Source: Eledone cirrhosa (lineage: Eukaryota). From it: a stretch of DNA of 64,000 nt. The stretch is taken from contig OZ024743.1 in NCBI GenBank assembly GCA_964016885.1, forward strand, positions 377,022,001-377,086,000, read 5' to 3'. The translations under genes and the position numbers were made by a program. Shown here piece after piece: positions 44,696-62,089 of this stretch (the stretch's first letter is position 1; the number at the start of each line of letters is the position of its first letter). Under the pieces are notes generated by a model, which ran no database searches, was not told where the DNA came from, and saw only the letters and a list, made by a program, of their open reading frames with translations.

Positions 44696-46259
44696 ATAAA
44701 TATATATGTATTCGGTGAAGTATCAGTTATTATTTGTAGTTTTAATGCTAAAGCTTCCTTAATAATTAAATTAAAAATGTGATATACTACAACAAATTAC
44801 CTTCTATAGTTGAAGTCTAAATAACTTTAGTTGAGGAATGTTGCAAATGTGAAGACTGCGTAAAACAGGGCAAATATGTTGTAACGATAATTTATATAGT
44901 CAAAGATATTTACTGAAATTTACTGGTAAGCATGGAGGATTTTATGATGACGTCTTTTAATGTTGTTACTGCTGTTGGTATTGTTGATGTGGTCGTCGTT
45001 GTTGTTGTTGTCGTTGCTGATATTGTTGCTTTTGTTGCTACTATTGTTAGCGTTCTTGTTGTGGTTGTTGTTGTTGTTTTTATTGATGTGATCGGCGTCG
45101 TTGTTGATCTTTTTTTTTTTTGCTACTATTGTTGGAGTTGTCGTTGTTAATGTTGATGTAGTTGTTGATGTAGTTGTTGCCATCCTAGTCTCATTAATGT
45201 TGCTATTCCAAGGGGATCGCAAGTCACGTGCATATATACTTCCTACTCTTAGTAAAGCCAACTGAACAAAACATAGCAACGATGTTTCGAAACTTGTCAG
45301 AAAGGTGAAAGTGAGGCAGATCTGTTACGTTGCTTCTGTGGAAGAGTTTTTCTCTGACAAGCTCTTTGTATAAACATTTGTTTACTGTACTTACGAAAGA
45401 CCCACACGTCATTTGGAAACTTTCCTTCGTGATCGTTACCTTCTCTTTTTTTGAGTTTGGAAATATCGATGCTATGTTTTATTGAGTTTTTATGTTTGAA
45501 AAAATGAAATAACGAAGAATAAAAAAAGTTAAATATTGCTCCGAAGCATTATAAACAAGGAGAAGGGGCCAGTTTCTCAGGATCTTGGCTGGTTCAACAA
45601 CAAAAATCTATCTATATATTACTAAAACTCTGTGGTTGCTTGCTTGCTTGTCTGTAATGTAATACAGCCAAAAGGGCGCGTAATGGGAAAATACTTTGAA
45701 AGGAAGTTACCCCTGAAATGGGAATACAAATGGAATAAAACAAGTTTTACGTAAATAGATGCACGGGTTCTCGAGATATGGGGTTTTCTGGGTACCTTCA
45801 TAAACGGAGAAAGAGAAGGATAGAGAGAAAGAGATAGTGGTTGTGAGAGAGTAGATTGAAAGAGAGACAGAGAGAGGGAGAGGAGACAAAGAAGGAGATT
45901 GAAAGAGAGAGAGAGCTGCTGGTGTTGTTGTGTATATATATATGTGTGTGTGTCTGTGCGTGTGTATGTGTATATATATGCGTGTGCGTGTGTGTCTATG
46001 ACCAGTGTATATAGATCACAGACACCCACATATATATATATACACACACACATACATACATATATATATATATATATGTATACAAACACACACATTTATA
46101 TATAGACATAGACACACGTATATATATGGACCTTCCAGTTTCATTTCACATTATATACATGTCTGCGTATATTTTAGTTATTTAAAAATTATTTTTAAGT
46201 GAACCTGGTTTGGAAAAAACATTTTAAAGTGAACGTGACCCAACGGGTCACGAGTGGTA

Positions 46260-46656
46260 TTCTTATTGTTATTGTGGTTGGTGGTGGTGGTGTTATTGTT
46301 GTTATTGTTGTTGTTGGTGGTGGTGGTGTTGGTGGTGGTGGTGGTGGTGTTGTTGGTGTTGTTGCTGTTGTTGTTGTTGTTGGTGGTGGTGTTGTTGTTG
46401 TTGGTGGTCGTGGTGGTGGTGTTGTTGGTGGTGGTGGTGGTGTTGTTGTTGGTGGTGGTGGTGTTGATGGTGGTGGTTGGTGGTGGTGTTGTTGTTGTTG
46501 GTGTTGTTGTTGGTGGTGGTGGTGCTCGTGGTGGTGTTGTTGCTGTTGTTGTTATTGTTGTTGGTGGTGGTGGTGGTGCTGGTGGTGCTGGTGGTGCTGG
46601 TGGTGGTGGTGGTGTTGTTGTTGTTGGTGGTGGTGGTGTTGTTGGTGGTGGTGGTG

Positions 46657-46688
<32 letters not shown>

Positions 46689-46975
46689 GGTGTTGGTGGT
46701 GGTGGTGGTGGTGGTGGTGTTGTTGTTGGTGGTGTTGTTGTTGTTGTTGTTGGTGGTGGTGGTGTTGTTGCTGTTGTTGTTGTTGGTGGTGGTGGTGGTG
46801 GTGTTGGTGGTGGTGGTGGTGGTGGTGTTGGTGGTGGTGGTGGTGTTGTTGGTGGTGGTGGTGTTGCTGTTGGTGGTGGTGGTGGTATTGTTGTTGTTGT
46901 TGGTGGTGGTGGTGGTGGTGTTGGTGGTGGTGGTGGTGGTGTTGTTGTTGTTGGTGGTGGTGGTGGTGGTGTTGT
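46260..46975. repeat. (GGT/GTT)n compound array
   Basis: Direct inspection. Confidence 0.95.
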
Positions 46976-46982
46976 CGTGTAT

Positions 46983-47112
46983 ATCCGCGAGGAACTTTGC
47001 CTTTCATTTTTTCCGATATCGATAGAATAAAGTACCAGTCAAGTATTGGGTTCGATTTAAATGACCCTAACACGTCCTTAATTACTGGTTCGGTACCTAA
47101 TTTAGAAAGCAT
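46983..47112 (+). mobile_element. SINE 3' fragment
   Basis: ACTTTGCCTTTCAT...TCGATAGAATAAAGTACCAGTC matches the SINE body. Confidence 0.7.
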
Positions 47113-47159
47113 TATTGTTGTTGTATCTTTATCATTCTTCTAATCATAGTCATTACTAC

Positions 47160-50100
47160 CATCATCATGATCAACAACATTGCCACCACCAACACTACTA
47201 TCACCATCACCAACACCACCACAAAGATCATCATCGTCACCACCACCACCACTAGCATCACCATCACCACCACCAACACTACCATCACCATCACCACCAC
47301 CACCACTACCATCACCATCACCACCACCACCACTACCATCACCATCACCACCACCAACACTACCATCATCATCACCACCACCAACACTACCATCATTATC
47401 ACCACCACCACCACTACCATCATCACCACCACCACCACTACCATCATCACCACCACCAACACTGCCATCATCATCACCACCAACACTACCATCACCATCA
47501 CCACCACCACCACTACCGTCATCACCACCACCAACACTACCATCATCATCACCACCACCACCATCATCATCACCACCAACACTACCATCATCATCACCAC
47601 CACCAACACTACCATCATCATCACCACCACCACCACTACCATCATCACCACCACCACCACTACCATCATCACCACCACCGACACTACCATCATCATCACC
47701 ACCTACACTACCATCATCATCACCACCACCACTACCATCACCATCACCACCACAACCACTACCATCACCATCACCACCACCAACACTACCATCATCATCA
47801 ACACCACCACCAGTACCATCATCACCACCACCAACACTACCATCATCATCACCACCACCACCATCATCATCACCACCAACACTACCATCACCATCACCAC
47901 CACCACCACTACCATCATCACCACCACCAACACTACCATCACCATCACAACCACCACCACTACCATCACCATCACCACCACAACCACTACCATCACCATC
48001 ACCACCACCAACACTACCATCATCATCACCACCACCACCACTACCATCATCACCACCACCAACACTACCATCATCACCACCACCAACACTACCATCACCA
48101 TCACCACCACCACCACTACCATCATCACCACCACCAACACTACCATCATCATCACCACCACCACCATCATCATCACCACCAACACTACCATCATCATCAC
48201 CACCACCAACACTACCATCATCATCACCACCACGACCACTACCATCATCACCACCACCACCACTACCATCATCACCACCACCACCACTACCATCACCATC
48301 ACCACCACCACCACTACCATCATCACCACCACCAACACTACCATCATCACCACCACCAACACTACCATCACCATCACCACCACCACCACTACCATCATCA
48401 CCACCACCAACACTACCATCATCATCACCACCAACACTACCATCATCATCACCACCACCAACACTACCATCATCATCACCACCACCACCACTACCATCAT
48501 CACCACCACCACCACCATCATCACCACCACCACCACTACCATCATCACCACCACCACTACTACCATCATCACCACCACCACCACTACCATCATCATCACC
48601 TCCACCACCACTACCATCAACATCACCACCAACACTACCATCATCATCACCACCAACACTACCATCACCATCACCACCACCACCACTACCATCACCATCA
48701 CCACCACAACCACTACCATCACCATCACCACCACCACCACTACCATCACCATCACCACCACAACCACTACCATCACCATCACCACCACAACCACTACCAT
48801 CACCATCACCACCACCACCACTACCATCACCATCACCACCACAACCACTACCATCACCATCACCACCACCAACACTACCATCATCATCACCACCACCACC
48901 ACTACCATCATCACCACCACCAACACTACCATCATCATCACCACCACCACCATCATCATCACCACCAACACTACCATCATCACCACCACCAACACTACCA
49001 TCATCATCACCACCACCACCATCATCATCACCACCAACACTACCATCACCATCACCACCACCACCACTACCATCACCATCACCACCACAACCACTACCAT
49101 CACCATCACCACCACCAACACTACCATCATCATCACCACCAACACTACCATCATCATCACCACCACCACCATCATCATCACCACCAACACTACCATCACC
49201 ATCACCACCACCACCACTACCACCATCATCATCACCACCAACACTACCATCATCACCACCACCAACACTACCATCATCATCACCACCACCACCATCATCA
49301 TCACCACCAACACTACCATCACCATCACCACCACCACCACTACCATCACCATCAGCACCACCACCACTACCATCATCACCACCACCAACACTACCATCAT
49401 CATCACCACCAACACTACCATCATCATCACCACCACCAACACTACCATCATCATCACCACCACCACCACTACCATCATCATCACCACCACCACCACTACT
49501 ATCACCATCACCACCAGCAACACTACCATCATCATCATCACCACCAACACTACCATCACCATCACCACCACCACCACTACCATCACCATCAGCACCACCA
49601 CCACTACCATCATCACCACCACCAACACTACCATCATCATCACCACCAACACTACCATCATCATCACCACCACCAACACTACCATCATCATCACCACCAC
49701 CACCACTACCATCATCATCACCACCACCAACACTACCATCACCATCACCACCACCACCACTACCACCATCATCATCACCACCAACACTACCATCATCATC
49801 ACCACCACCACCACTACCACCATCATCATCACCACCAACACTACCATCACCATCACCACCACCACCACTACCATCATCACCACCACCACCACTACCATCA
49901 TCACCACCACCAACACTACCATCATCATCACCACCACCACTACCATCACCATCACCACCACCACCACCACCATCACCATCACCACCACCACCACTACCAT
50001 CACCATCACCACCACAACCACTACCATCACCATCACCACCACCACCACTACCATCATCATCACCACCACCACCACTACTATCACCATCACCACCAGCAAC

Positions 50101-53100
50101 ACTACCATCATCATCACCTCCACCACCACCACCATCATCACCACCACCACCACTACCATCATCACCACCACCACCACTACCATCACCATCACCACCACCA
50201 CCACTACCATCATCACCACCACCACCACTACCATCATCACCACCACCACCACTACCATCACCATCACCACCACCACCACTACCATCATCACCACCACCAC
50301 CACTACCATCATCACCACCACCAACACTACCATCATCATCACCACCACCACCATCATCATCACCACCAACACTACCATCACCATCACCACCACCACCACT
50401 ACCATCACCATCAGCACCACCACCACTACCATCATCACCACCACCAACACTACCACCATCACCACCACCAACACTACCATCATCATCACCACCACCAACA
50501 CTACCATCATCACCACCACCAACACTACCATCATCACCACCACCACCAACACTACCATCATCATCACCACCAACACTACCATCATCACCACCACCAACAC
50601 TACCATCATCATCACCACCACCACTACCATCATCATCACCACCACCACCACTACCATCACCATCACCACCACCACCACTACCATCACCATCACCACCACC
50701 ACCACTACCATCATCATCACCACCACCACCACTACTGTCACCATCACCACCAGCAACACTACCATCATCATCACCTCCACCACCACCACCATCATCACCA
50801 CCACCACCACTACCATCATCACCACCACCACCAACACTATCACCACCACCACCACCACCACCACCATCATCACCACCACCACCACTACCATCACCATCAC
50901 CACCACCAACACTACCATCATCATCACCACCACCACCACTACCCTCATCATCACCACCACCACCACTACCATCATCATCACCACCACCACCACTACCATC
51001 ACCATCATCATCACCTCCACCACCATCATCACCACCACCACCACTATCATCACCACCACCACCACCATCATCACCACCACCACCACCACCATCATCACCA
51101 CCACCAACACTACCACCACCATCATCACCATCACCATCACCACCACCACCACCACCACCATCATCACCACCACCACTACCATCATCATCACCACCACCAA
51201 CACTACCACCACCATCATCACCATCACCATCACCACCACCACCACCACCACCATCATCACCACCACCACTACCATCACCATCACCACCACCACCACTACC
51301 ATCATCATCACCACCACCAACACTACCATCATCATCACCACCACCACCACCACCATCATCATCACCACCACCAACACTACCATCACCATCACCACCACCA
51401 ACACTACCATCATCACCACCACCACCACTACCATCATCACCACCACCACCACCACCACCATCATCACCATCACCACCACCACCACTACCATCATCATCAC
51501 CACCACCAACACTATCACCATCACCACCACCACCACCACTACCATCATCATCACCACCACCAACACTATCACCATCACCACCACCACCACCACTACCATC
51601 ATCATCACCACCACCAACACTACCATCATCATCACCACCATCATCACCTCCACCACCACTACCATCATCATCACCACCACCACCACTACCACCATCATCA
51701 CCACCACCAACACTACCATCATCACCACCACCACCACCACCACCATCACCATCACCACCACCAACACTACAATCATCATCACCACCACCACCACCACCAC
51801 CACCACCACCATCATCACCACCACCACCACTACCATCATCATCACCACCACCACCACTACCATCACCACCACCACCACCACCACTACCATCATCATCACC
51901 ACCACCACCACCACCACCACCACCACCATCATCACCACCACCACCACTACCATCATCACCACCACCACCACCACCACCACCACCACCATCATCACCACCA
52001 CCAACACTACCATCACCATCACCACCACAACCACTACCATCACCACCACCACCACCACCACTACCATCATCATCACCACCACCACCACTACCATCACCAT
52101 CACCATCACCACCACCACCATCATCACCACCACCACTACCATCATCATCACCACCACCACCACTACCATCACCATCACCACCACCACCATCATCACCACC
52201 ACCACTACCATCATCATCACCACCACCACCACTACCATCACCATCACCACCACCACCACCACCATCATCACCACCACCAACACTACCATCACCATCACCA
52301 CCACCACCACTACCATCATCACCACCACCACCACTACCATCATCATCACCACCACCAACACTACCATCACCATCACCACCACCAACACTACCATCACCAT
52401 CACCACCACCAACACTACCATCATCACCACCACCACCACCACCATCACCATCACCACCACCAACACTACCATCATCATCACCACCAACACTACCATCATC
52501 ATCACCACCACCAACACTACCATCATCATCACCACCACCACCACTACCATCATCATCACCACCACCACCACTACTATCACCATCACCACCAGCAACACTA
52601 CCATCATCATCATCACCACCAACACTACCATCACCATCACCACCACCACTACCATCACCATCAGCACCACCACCACTACCATCATCACCACCACCAACAC
52701 TACCATCATCATCACCACCAACACTACCATCATCATCACCACCACCAACACTACCATCATCATCACCACCACCACCACTACCATCATCATCACCACCACC
52801 AACACTACCATCACCATCACCACCACCACTACCATCATCATCACCACCACCACCACTACCACCATCATCATCACCACCAACACTACCATCATCATCACCA
52901 CCACCACCACTACCACCATCATCATCACCACCAACACTACCATCACCATCACCACCACCACCACTACCATCATCACCACCACCACCACTACCATCATCAC
53001 CACCACCAACACTACCATCATCATCACCACCACCACTACCATCACCATCACCACCACCACCACCACCATCACCATCACCACCACCACCACTACCATCACC

Positions 53101-55760
53101 ATCACCACCACAACCACTACCATCACCATCACCACCACCACCACTACCATCATCATCACCACCACCACCACTACTATCACCATCACCACCAGCAACACTA
53201 CCATCATCATCACCTCCACCACCACCACCATCATCACCACCACCACCACTACCATCATCACCACCACCACCACTACCATCACCATCACCACCACCACCAC
53301 TACCATCATCACCACCACCACCACTACCATCATCACCACCACCACCACTACCATCACCATCACCACCACCACCACTACCATCATCACCACCACCACCACT
53401 ACCATAATCACCACCACCAACACTACCATCATCATCACCACCACCACCATCATCATCACCACCAACACTACCATCACCATCACCACCACCACCACTACCA
53501 TCACCATCAGCACCACCACCACTACCATCATCACCACCACCAACACTACCACCATCACCACCACCAACACTACCATCATCATCACCACCACCAACACTAC
53601 CATCATCACCACCACCAACACTACCATCATCACCACCACCACCAACACTACCATCATCATCACCACCAACACTACCATCATCACCACCACCAACACTACC
53701 ATCATCATCACCACCACCACTACCATCATCATCACCACCACCACCACTACCATCACCATCACCACCACCACCACTACCATCATCATCACCACCACCACCA
53801 CTACTATCACCATCACCACCAGCAACACTACCATCATCATCACCTCCACCACCACCACCATCATCACCACCACCACCACTACCATCATCACCACCACCAC
53901 CAACACTATCACCACCACCACCACCACCACCACCATCATCACCACCACCACCACTACCATCACCATCACCACCACCAACACTACCATCATCATCACCACC
54001 ACCACCACTACCCTCATCATCACCACCACCACCACTACCATCATCATCACCACCACCACCACTACCATCACCATCATCATCACCTCCACCACCATCATCA
54101 CCACCACCACCACTATCATCACCACCACCACCACCATCATCACCACCACCACCACCACCATCATCACCACCACCAACACTACCACCACCATCATCACCAT
54201 CACCATCACCACCACCACCACCACCACCATCATCACCACCACCACTACCATCATCATCACCACCACCAACACTACCACCACCATCATCACCATCACCATC
54301 ACCACCACCACCACCACCACCACCATCATCACCACCACCACTACCATCACCATCACCACCACCACCACTACCATCATCATCACCACCACCAACACTACCA
54401 TCATCATCACCACCACCAACACTACCATCACCATCACCACCACCAACACTATCACCATCACCACCACCACCACTACCATCATCACCACCACCACCACCAT
54501 CATCATCACCACCACCAACACTACCATCACCATCACCACCACCAACACTACCATCATCACCACCACCACCACTACCATCATCACCACCACCACCACCATC
54601 ATCACCATCACCACCACCACCACTACCATCATCATCACCACCACCAACACTATCACCATCACCACCACCACCACCACTACCATCATCATCACCACCACCA
54701 ACACTATCACCATCACCACCACCACCACCACTACCATCATCATCACCACCACCAACACTACCATCATCATCACCACCATCATCACCTCCACCACCACTAC
54801 CATCATCATCACCACCACCACCACTACCACCATCATCACCACCACCAACACTACCATCATCACCACCACCACCACCACCACCACCATCACCATCACCACC
54901 ACCAACACTACAATCATCATCACCACCACCACCACCATCATCATCACCACCACCAACACTACAATCATCATCACCACCACCACCACCACCACCACCACCA
55001 CCATCATCACCACCACCACCACTACCATCATCATCACCACCACCACCACTACCATCACCATCACCACCACAACCACTACCATCACCACCACCACCACCAC
55101 CACTACCATCATCATCACCACCACCACCACTACCATCACCATCACCATCACCACCACCACCATCATCACCACCACCACTACCATCATCATCACCACCACC
55201 ACCACTACCATCACCATCACCATCACCACCACCACCATCATCACCACCACCACTACCATCATCATCACCACCACCACCACTACCATCACCATCACCACCA
55301 CCACCACCACCATCATCACCACCACCAACACTACCATCACCATCACCACCACCACCACCACTACCATCATCACCACCACCACCACTACCATCATCATCAC
55401 CACCACCAACACTACCATCACCATCACCACCACCAACACTACCATCACCATCACCACCACCAACACTACCTTCATCACCACCACCACCACCACCATCACC
55501 ATCACCACCACCAACACTACCATCACCATCACCACCACCACCACCATCACCATCACCACCACCAACACTACCATCACCATCACCACCACCACCACTACCA
55601 ACACCACCACCAACACTACCACCATCACCACCACCAACACTACCAGCATCACCACCACCACCACTACCAACACCATCACCACCACCACCACTACCAACAC
55701 CATCACCACCACCACCACTACCATCACCATCACCACCACTACCATCATCATCATCATCAA
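47160..55760. repeat. 8.6-kb (ACC/ATC/ACT/AAC)n cryptic trinucleotide array with an internal duplication of about 3.1 kb
   Basis: Triplet phase is unbroken across the array. The rare marker ACCCTCATC occurs at 50941 and 54010 within matching surrounding patterns. Confidence 0.97.
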
Positions 55761-55909
55761 CAGTATGGCGTCTATGAAGACGACTTATGAGAGATAATGT
55801 AGAAAATGTTAAATGTTTGATGGCACAGTTAATTTTAGACAATTTAAAAGCAATTATGACTTGCCATGAGCTGATAAGCATGATGTTAGCGATAATGATA
55901 CACTTTCTC

Positions 55910-56700
55910 GTGTGTATATAGATGTGTGTGTGTATATAGATATGTGTATATAGATGTGTGTATGTGTATAGATATGTGTATATAGATGTGTGTTAGTATA
56001 TAGATATGTGTGTGTGTGTGTAAGTAGATGTGTGTATATAGATGTGTGTATGTGTATAGATATGTGTATATAGATGTGTGTGTGTGTATAGATATGTGTA
56101 TATAGATGTGTGTGTGTGTATAGATATGTGTATATAGATGTGTGTGTGTGTATAGATATGTGTATATAGATGTGTGTGTGTATATAGATATGTGTATATA
56201 GATGTGTGTGTGTGTATAGATATGTGTATATAGATGTGTGTTAGTATATAGATATGTGTGTGTGTGTGTAAGTAGATGTGTGTATATAGATGTGTGTGTG
56301 TATATAGATATGTGTATATAGATGTGTGTATGTATATAGATATGTGTATATAGATGTGTGTATGTATATAGATATGTGTATATAGATGTGTGTGTGTGTG
56401 TATATAGATGTGTGTTTGTATATAGATGTGTGTGTGTTTGTATATAGATATGTGTATATAGATGTGTGTGTGTGTGTATATATAGATGTGTGTGTATGTA
56501 CAGATATGTGTTAATAGATGTGTGTGTGTGTGTGTGTGTGTATAGATGTGTGTGGATGTGTATATAGATGTGTGTGTATATAGCTGTGTGTTTATAGGTG
56601 TGGGAGAATAAATGTGTGTTGGTGTATATATAGATGTGTGTATATAGATATGTGTTTATGGATGTGCTTATACAGATGTGTGTTTATAGGTGTGGGTGGG
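55910..56700. repeat. TG/TA minisatellite (units like GATATGTGTATATAGATGTGTGTGTGTATA)
   Basis: Direct inspection. Confidence 0.9.
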
Positions 56701-56847
56701 AGCATAGGTGTGTGTGTGTGTACAGGTGTGTTTGTGTTTGTGCGTTTATTTTTGTTGTTGTTGTAGCATATTGAAAGCACAAAAATATGTGTATACGTAT
56801 GTATATGTATATATGTATGCATGTAAATATGTACGTATGTATGTACG

Positions 56848-56884
<37 letters not shown>

Positions 56885-56906
56885 GGTATGTATGTACGTA
56901 TGAATG

Positions 56907-56941
<35 letters not shown>

Positions 56942-57247
56942 GGGGGAGAGATAGGGAGAGAGACGGAGAGCGAGACTCCTTTACTGGTCGCAGTCATTAT
57001 ACAGTGCCCATACTGGGGCACCGCCTTATCAATCAATTTTTTGTCGAACCGTTAAGTAACGGAACATGTACATTGGCACATCTACAAACGTAGACACAGA
57101 CACTGTCACACACATACACACACACACACATAAGCATGCACACACACATACGCATACACACAACACATACACACACACACACATACACACGCATACACAC
57201 GCACACACACTCACACACACTCGTATATGTGTGTGTGTGCGTGTGTT

Positions 57248-57286
<39 letters not shown>

Positions 57287-57425
57287 ATATGTATGAATTA
57301 ATGTATATACGTATGTATGTATATATGTATATATATATATACATGTATATATGTATACATTTCGTTCCCACAATATTACATCTGTGACTAATGGTTTTAT
57401 GAACTATCAAAGCTTGCAAAACACC

Positions 57426-57470
<45 letters not shown>

Positions 57471-57589
57471 AAGAACTAGTTCTCAAATCTGAGACCTAGT
57501 CCAAATTCTAGTAATTCTGCTAAAAAAACGCACCCACAATTCAAGGATTGGGTGCTGGTGTTCAACAAAGGATTAAATTTACCACTCAA

Positions 57590-57945
57590 AGTCTCAGAAA
57601 TAAAACAAAAAATGAAATAAACACCACAAGGCACCTCGACCAACGTCTTAACAATTCGGCTAATCCTTCGCCCTGGGCTGATACTTTTATTGACCCCGAG
57701 AAAATGAAAGACAAATCTGACTTCAGTGGGTTTTGAATTCGGAACGCAGGGAGCCAGAACAAATACCACAAGGCACCTTGACTGACGCTCTAACAATTTC
57801 TCCTAAAAAAAAATATTTGAACTGGTACTTTATTTTGAAAAGCGAAGCTGACTTCGGTGGGATTTGAATTCATAGCGAAGAGAACCGGAACAATTATCAC
57901 AAGGCATCTTGACTGACGCTCCTACAACTCTGCCAATTCTGCTCT
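57590..57945 (-). mobile_element. Nested or tandem SINE fragments
   Basis: CACAAGGCACCT.GAC..ACG occurs three times, with TTTATTGACCCCGAGAAAATGAAAG and GGGATTTGAATTC (reverse complement of the SINE head/body). Confidence 0.65.
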
Positions 57946-58929
57946 CTAAACTGGAACTTTTTACGTAGGAAAATGAAGTGGCAGTGTCATTAGAGTTCCT
58001 GGTATTTGTTCCAGTTCTCTATACTCTCAGTTCAAATCCTGTCGAAGTTAATTGTGCTTTTCATCATTTCTGTGCCAATAAATCAATAAATTGTATAGAT
58101 AACCGTAGTGCAAATATGTATGTAAGTTTTGACCCCGACTAGATGAAAGTTAAAGCCAACCTCGTCACAGAGAGCTCCATTTCACTCTTCTTTGCTATTC
58201 TACAATGAAAGTTGATATTGCTAAGATAATTCCATGAATATATTTATAGCAACAAATATTACAAAATTACCAAAATTTAATTAATTACATTGTATTTATT
58301 TCATATAAATCTTCTTCTTCTTCTTCTTCTTCTTCTTCTTCTTCTTCTTCTTCTTCTTCTTCTTCTTCTTCTTCTTCTTCTTCTTCTTCTTCTTCTTCTT
58401 CTTCTTGATCTAACAACTGAATACTCATCGTCGAAACCGATGGAAAATCCACCATCATTCATTTAAAATATTTACATTATTATATATCGGATTTTGTTTC
58501 CAGACTCTTCTCACCTTTCTATCTGATATCTTTGAGATGATATTTCTTTGTGTGATGCACGAAATTCTTGTAACAAAATAGGAACTAATATTCCAAAAAT
58601 TAAGGACATGTCGCTGAAATGTTATATGTCGTCTTCTGCGTGATAACATTTCTGATGATCATGTTTGTGAGATACTTTACATTTCTTGAGGTATTTTTTA
58701 GGATGAAAATGTATGCAAAAAGAACTTAGTGTTAAGAATTATCCTCCCTTATAAACATCTTTCATAGACGAACAAAAATAATCTATATGGGATCGTTCGA
58801 CTTGCTAAAAATAACAACCAAATATCTTTAAATTCACGACTTACGGAAGGATACACGTTTATCTCGGATAAAGTGATCCTGGTTGCACACGACATAATAA
58901 AGAAAAATATATTCTTGGCTTAAATGTCT

Positions 58930-59170
58930 TTAACGACAGATCTTCTCGGCCAGAGCTTACCTGGGGTTAAACAGTAGCATTACGGTCTTATATAAATGGT
59001 TGACTGACTATCAAGGTACCATAAGGCTTCTCAATCAGGGAATGCCTGGGGCTAAACAACAATAACACATCCTTATATAGATGGTTGCCTGGCTATTTGT
59101 ATACTTTAAGACTTCTCGATCGGGGCTTACCTTGGGCTAAACAACAATAACAATAAGTTCTTATATATGC
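58930..59170. repeat. Three degenerate ~86-bp tandem units each ending GGG(C/T)TAAACA
   Basis: The motif occurs at about 58963, 59048 and 59134, each followed by CTTATATA. Confidence 0.6.
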
Positions 59171-59321
59171 GATTCACTAATTCTCTACTTACCACAAGCA
59201 AAACCTTTTCCAGCTGGAGGACAAATAGAAAATATTGGAATTGAACTGAATAAATACACACCTACATGACAGACCCCGAAGAATAAATATCAAGTTAAAA
59301 TGTCATTATTCAGCTCTCCAA

Positions 59322-59738
59322 TGGCGGTGGATTGGCAGTCTCAGCAGAGCGTCGAACAACATGCTTATGGTATACAGTTACCGCCCTTTAGTTTCTGAGC
59401 TCAAATTACCCCCTTGCTTAGCTTTGCGTTTCATCCTTGCGGGGTCGATAGATAAAGCACCAGTAATGAATTGGGGTCGATTTAATCGACTTTCTCCTAC
59501 CCACCAAATTGGTGGCCTTGTGCCTAAATCAGAAACCATTATTAAGCTCGGTGGATTGGCAGTATCGATAGAGGGTCGGACGCTATGCTTTAACGTATAG
59601 AATTACGCCCTTGCCATTCTGAGTTCAAATCCAGCCGAGGTTAACTTTGCCTTTCATCCATACGGGGTCGATAAAATAAAGTACCAGTATTCCACTGGGT
59701 AATTGCTGGCCTTGTGCCAAAAGTAGAAGCAATTATTA
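59322..59738 (+). mobile_element. SINE dimer
   Basis: Two consecutive copies, each starting GGTGGATTGGCAG. The second closely resembles 21043-21222 and 41150-41331. Confidence 0.8.
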
Positions 59739-59813
59739 AGCTCTCCTGTAAAACTCTGCAAAAATAAATATATTCTTAATGTATTTTATCAAATAATTTT
59801 CAGCAATTGTATG

Positions 59814-59890
<77 letters not shown>

Positions 59891-60393
59891 TTTGAACACA
59901 GTTATATTTCAGTGTTCGTCTCTCTTTACTGTATTATAAGGCTCGGGAAAATGTTTTCCTTGAGCTATTTTGATTATAGGGGACTATTGTGAGTTTTTAA
60001 TGCAATATATACTTTTGATAAATTAGCTCCTTTGCTTTTGTAGAGCTTTTAATATATAGGAAGGTTCTGGCTGCTATTTTTTTTAGTAACCTTATGTTCT
60101 ATTCAATCCGCCTGGTACGCGATAACCATACGCTTTCTATTTTAACACGCGTGTTATTTAGTCTACTAAGAAACTCAGTGGTGAGGAGTATACTCGTTGT
60201 GGGTATCCGTTGAAAAGCACCACACTCGTAATTCTCTTCACAGGATTTTTCGAAACAGTTCTACCTGTAAGCTTTCCGGATGCATAATAGTTGTCATGGT
60301 AGGTTCGTATATTTCAATTTATCCTTTTGATTGAGTTCTGTGAACCATACTATTTTAATCACAATTTTGTTCACCCTGGCGGTTTCTGTCCCC

Positions 60394-61195
<802 letters not shown>

Positions 61196-62027
61196 GCATT
61201 TTAGTGAAATACTAGTTAATTCTCTGTATTAAATTATTGAGTTGTTTTATTTGTTTATTATTAATATAACAGAAGTGGATCTAAGATAAATTCGTTTATC
61301 CCCAGAATGTTAAATCAAATGGTTTGTGAATGTAGTAAATTGAGTTTCACGATTAATCCAATTTTTAAAAAAAATATGTTCCGCTTTGTTTATGATTTTA
61401 CAAACAAGGTATTTGCATATTAATCATAATCGATCGCGAAAAAATGGCAATTATTTAAGTTATGGTTGATGTTGTTTCTTTACTTGTTTTTCACTTCTTT
61501 GTTGCTTTTTGGTTTGTTTGTTTGTTTGTTTTTTGTATTATTTTGTTTTTTGTTTTCACAAAGCTTGTGTTGAAATCTTCCTCACAGGAATACTTAAAAG
61601 AATCATTTTGTTATGTTTGTAGGCAGATATGAAGAGAAGAGGGTTTGGTGTTGTGCCGTCAGTAGAAGAAAGACAATGTCATGTGAATATCTCATCACTG
61701 GCTTGTCAAATAAATGTCTATCTTTCTCTTTATGGCCTTCGCTTGATCCATGAATACAAAATTTATAACTTTCATAAATATATTCAATTTCAACCCTGAC
61801 TAATTCGGGATATGCTTTCATTTTTTATTTCTTCTTTAGTGTTATTTATATGGCTTCATTGTTAAAAACAAGATTTCACCGAAATCTACCACCTTTCAAT
61901 ATAATAAAGGTATTATTATGTTCTTGAATTAGGTAGGTTGGTTGGTATTTTTAGAGAGTGGGATAGAAAGGTAGAGAGTGTAGGGGGAGGGTAGTGTGTG
62001 TGTAAGACAGACAGAGAGAGGGAGAGA

Positions 62028-62089
<62 letters not shown>

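Noticed and set aside
45292-45361. miRNA-like hairpin CTTGTCAGA...TCTGACAAG
   Set aside because: Only 9 bp pair cleanly and the interior does not form a continuous stem.
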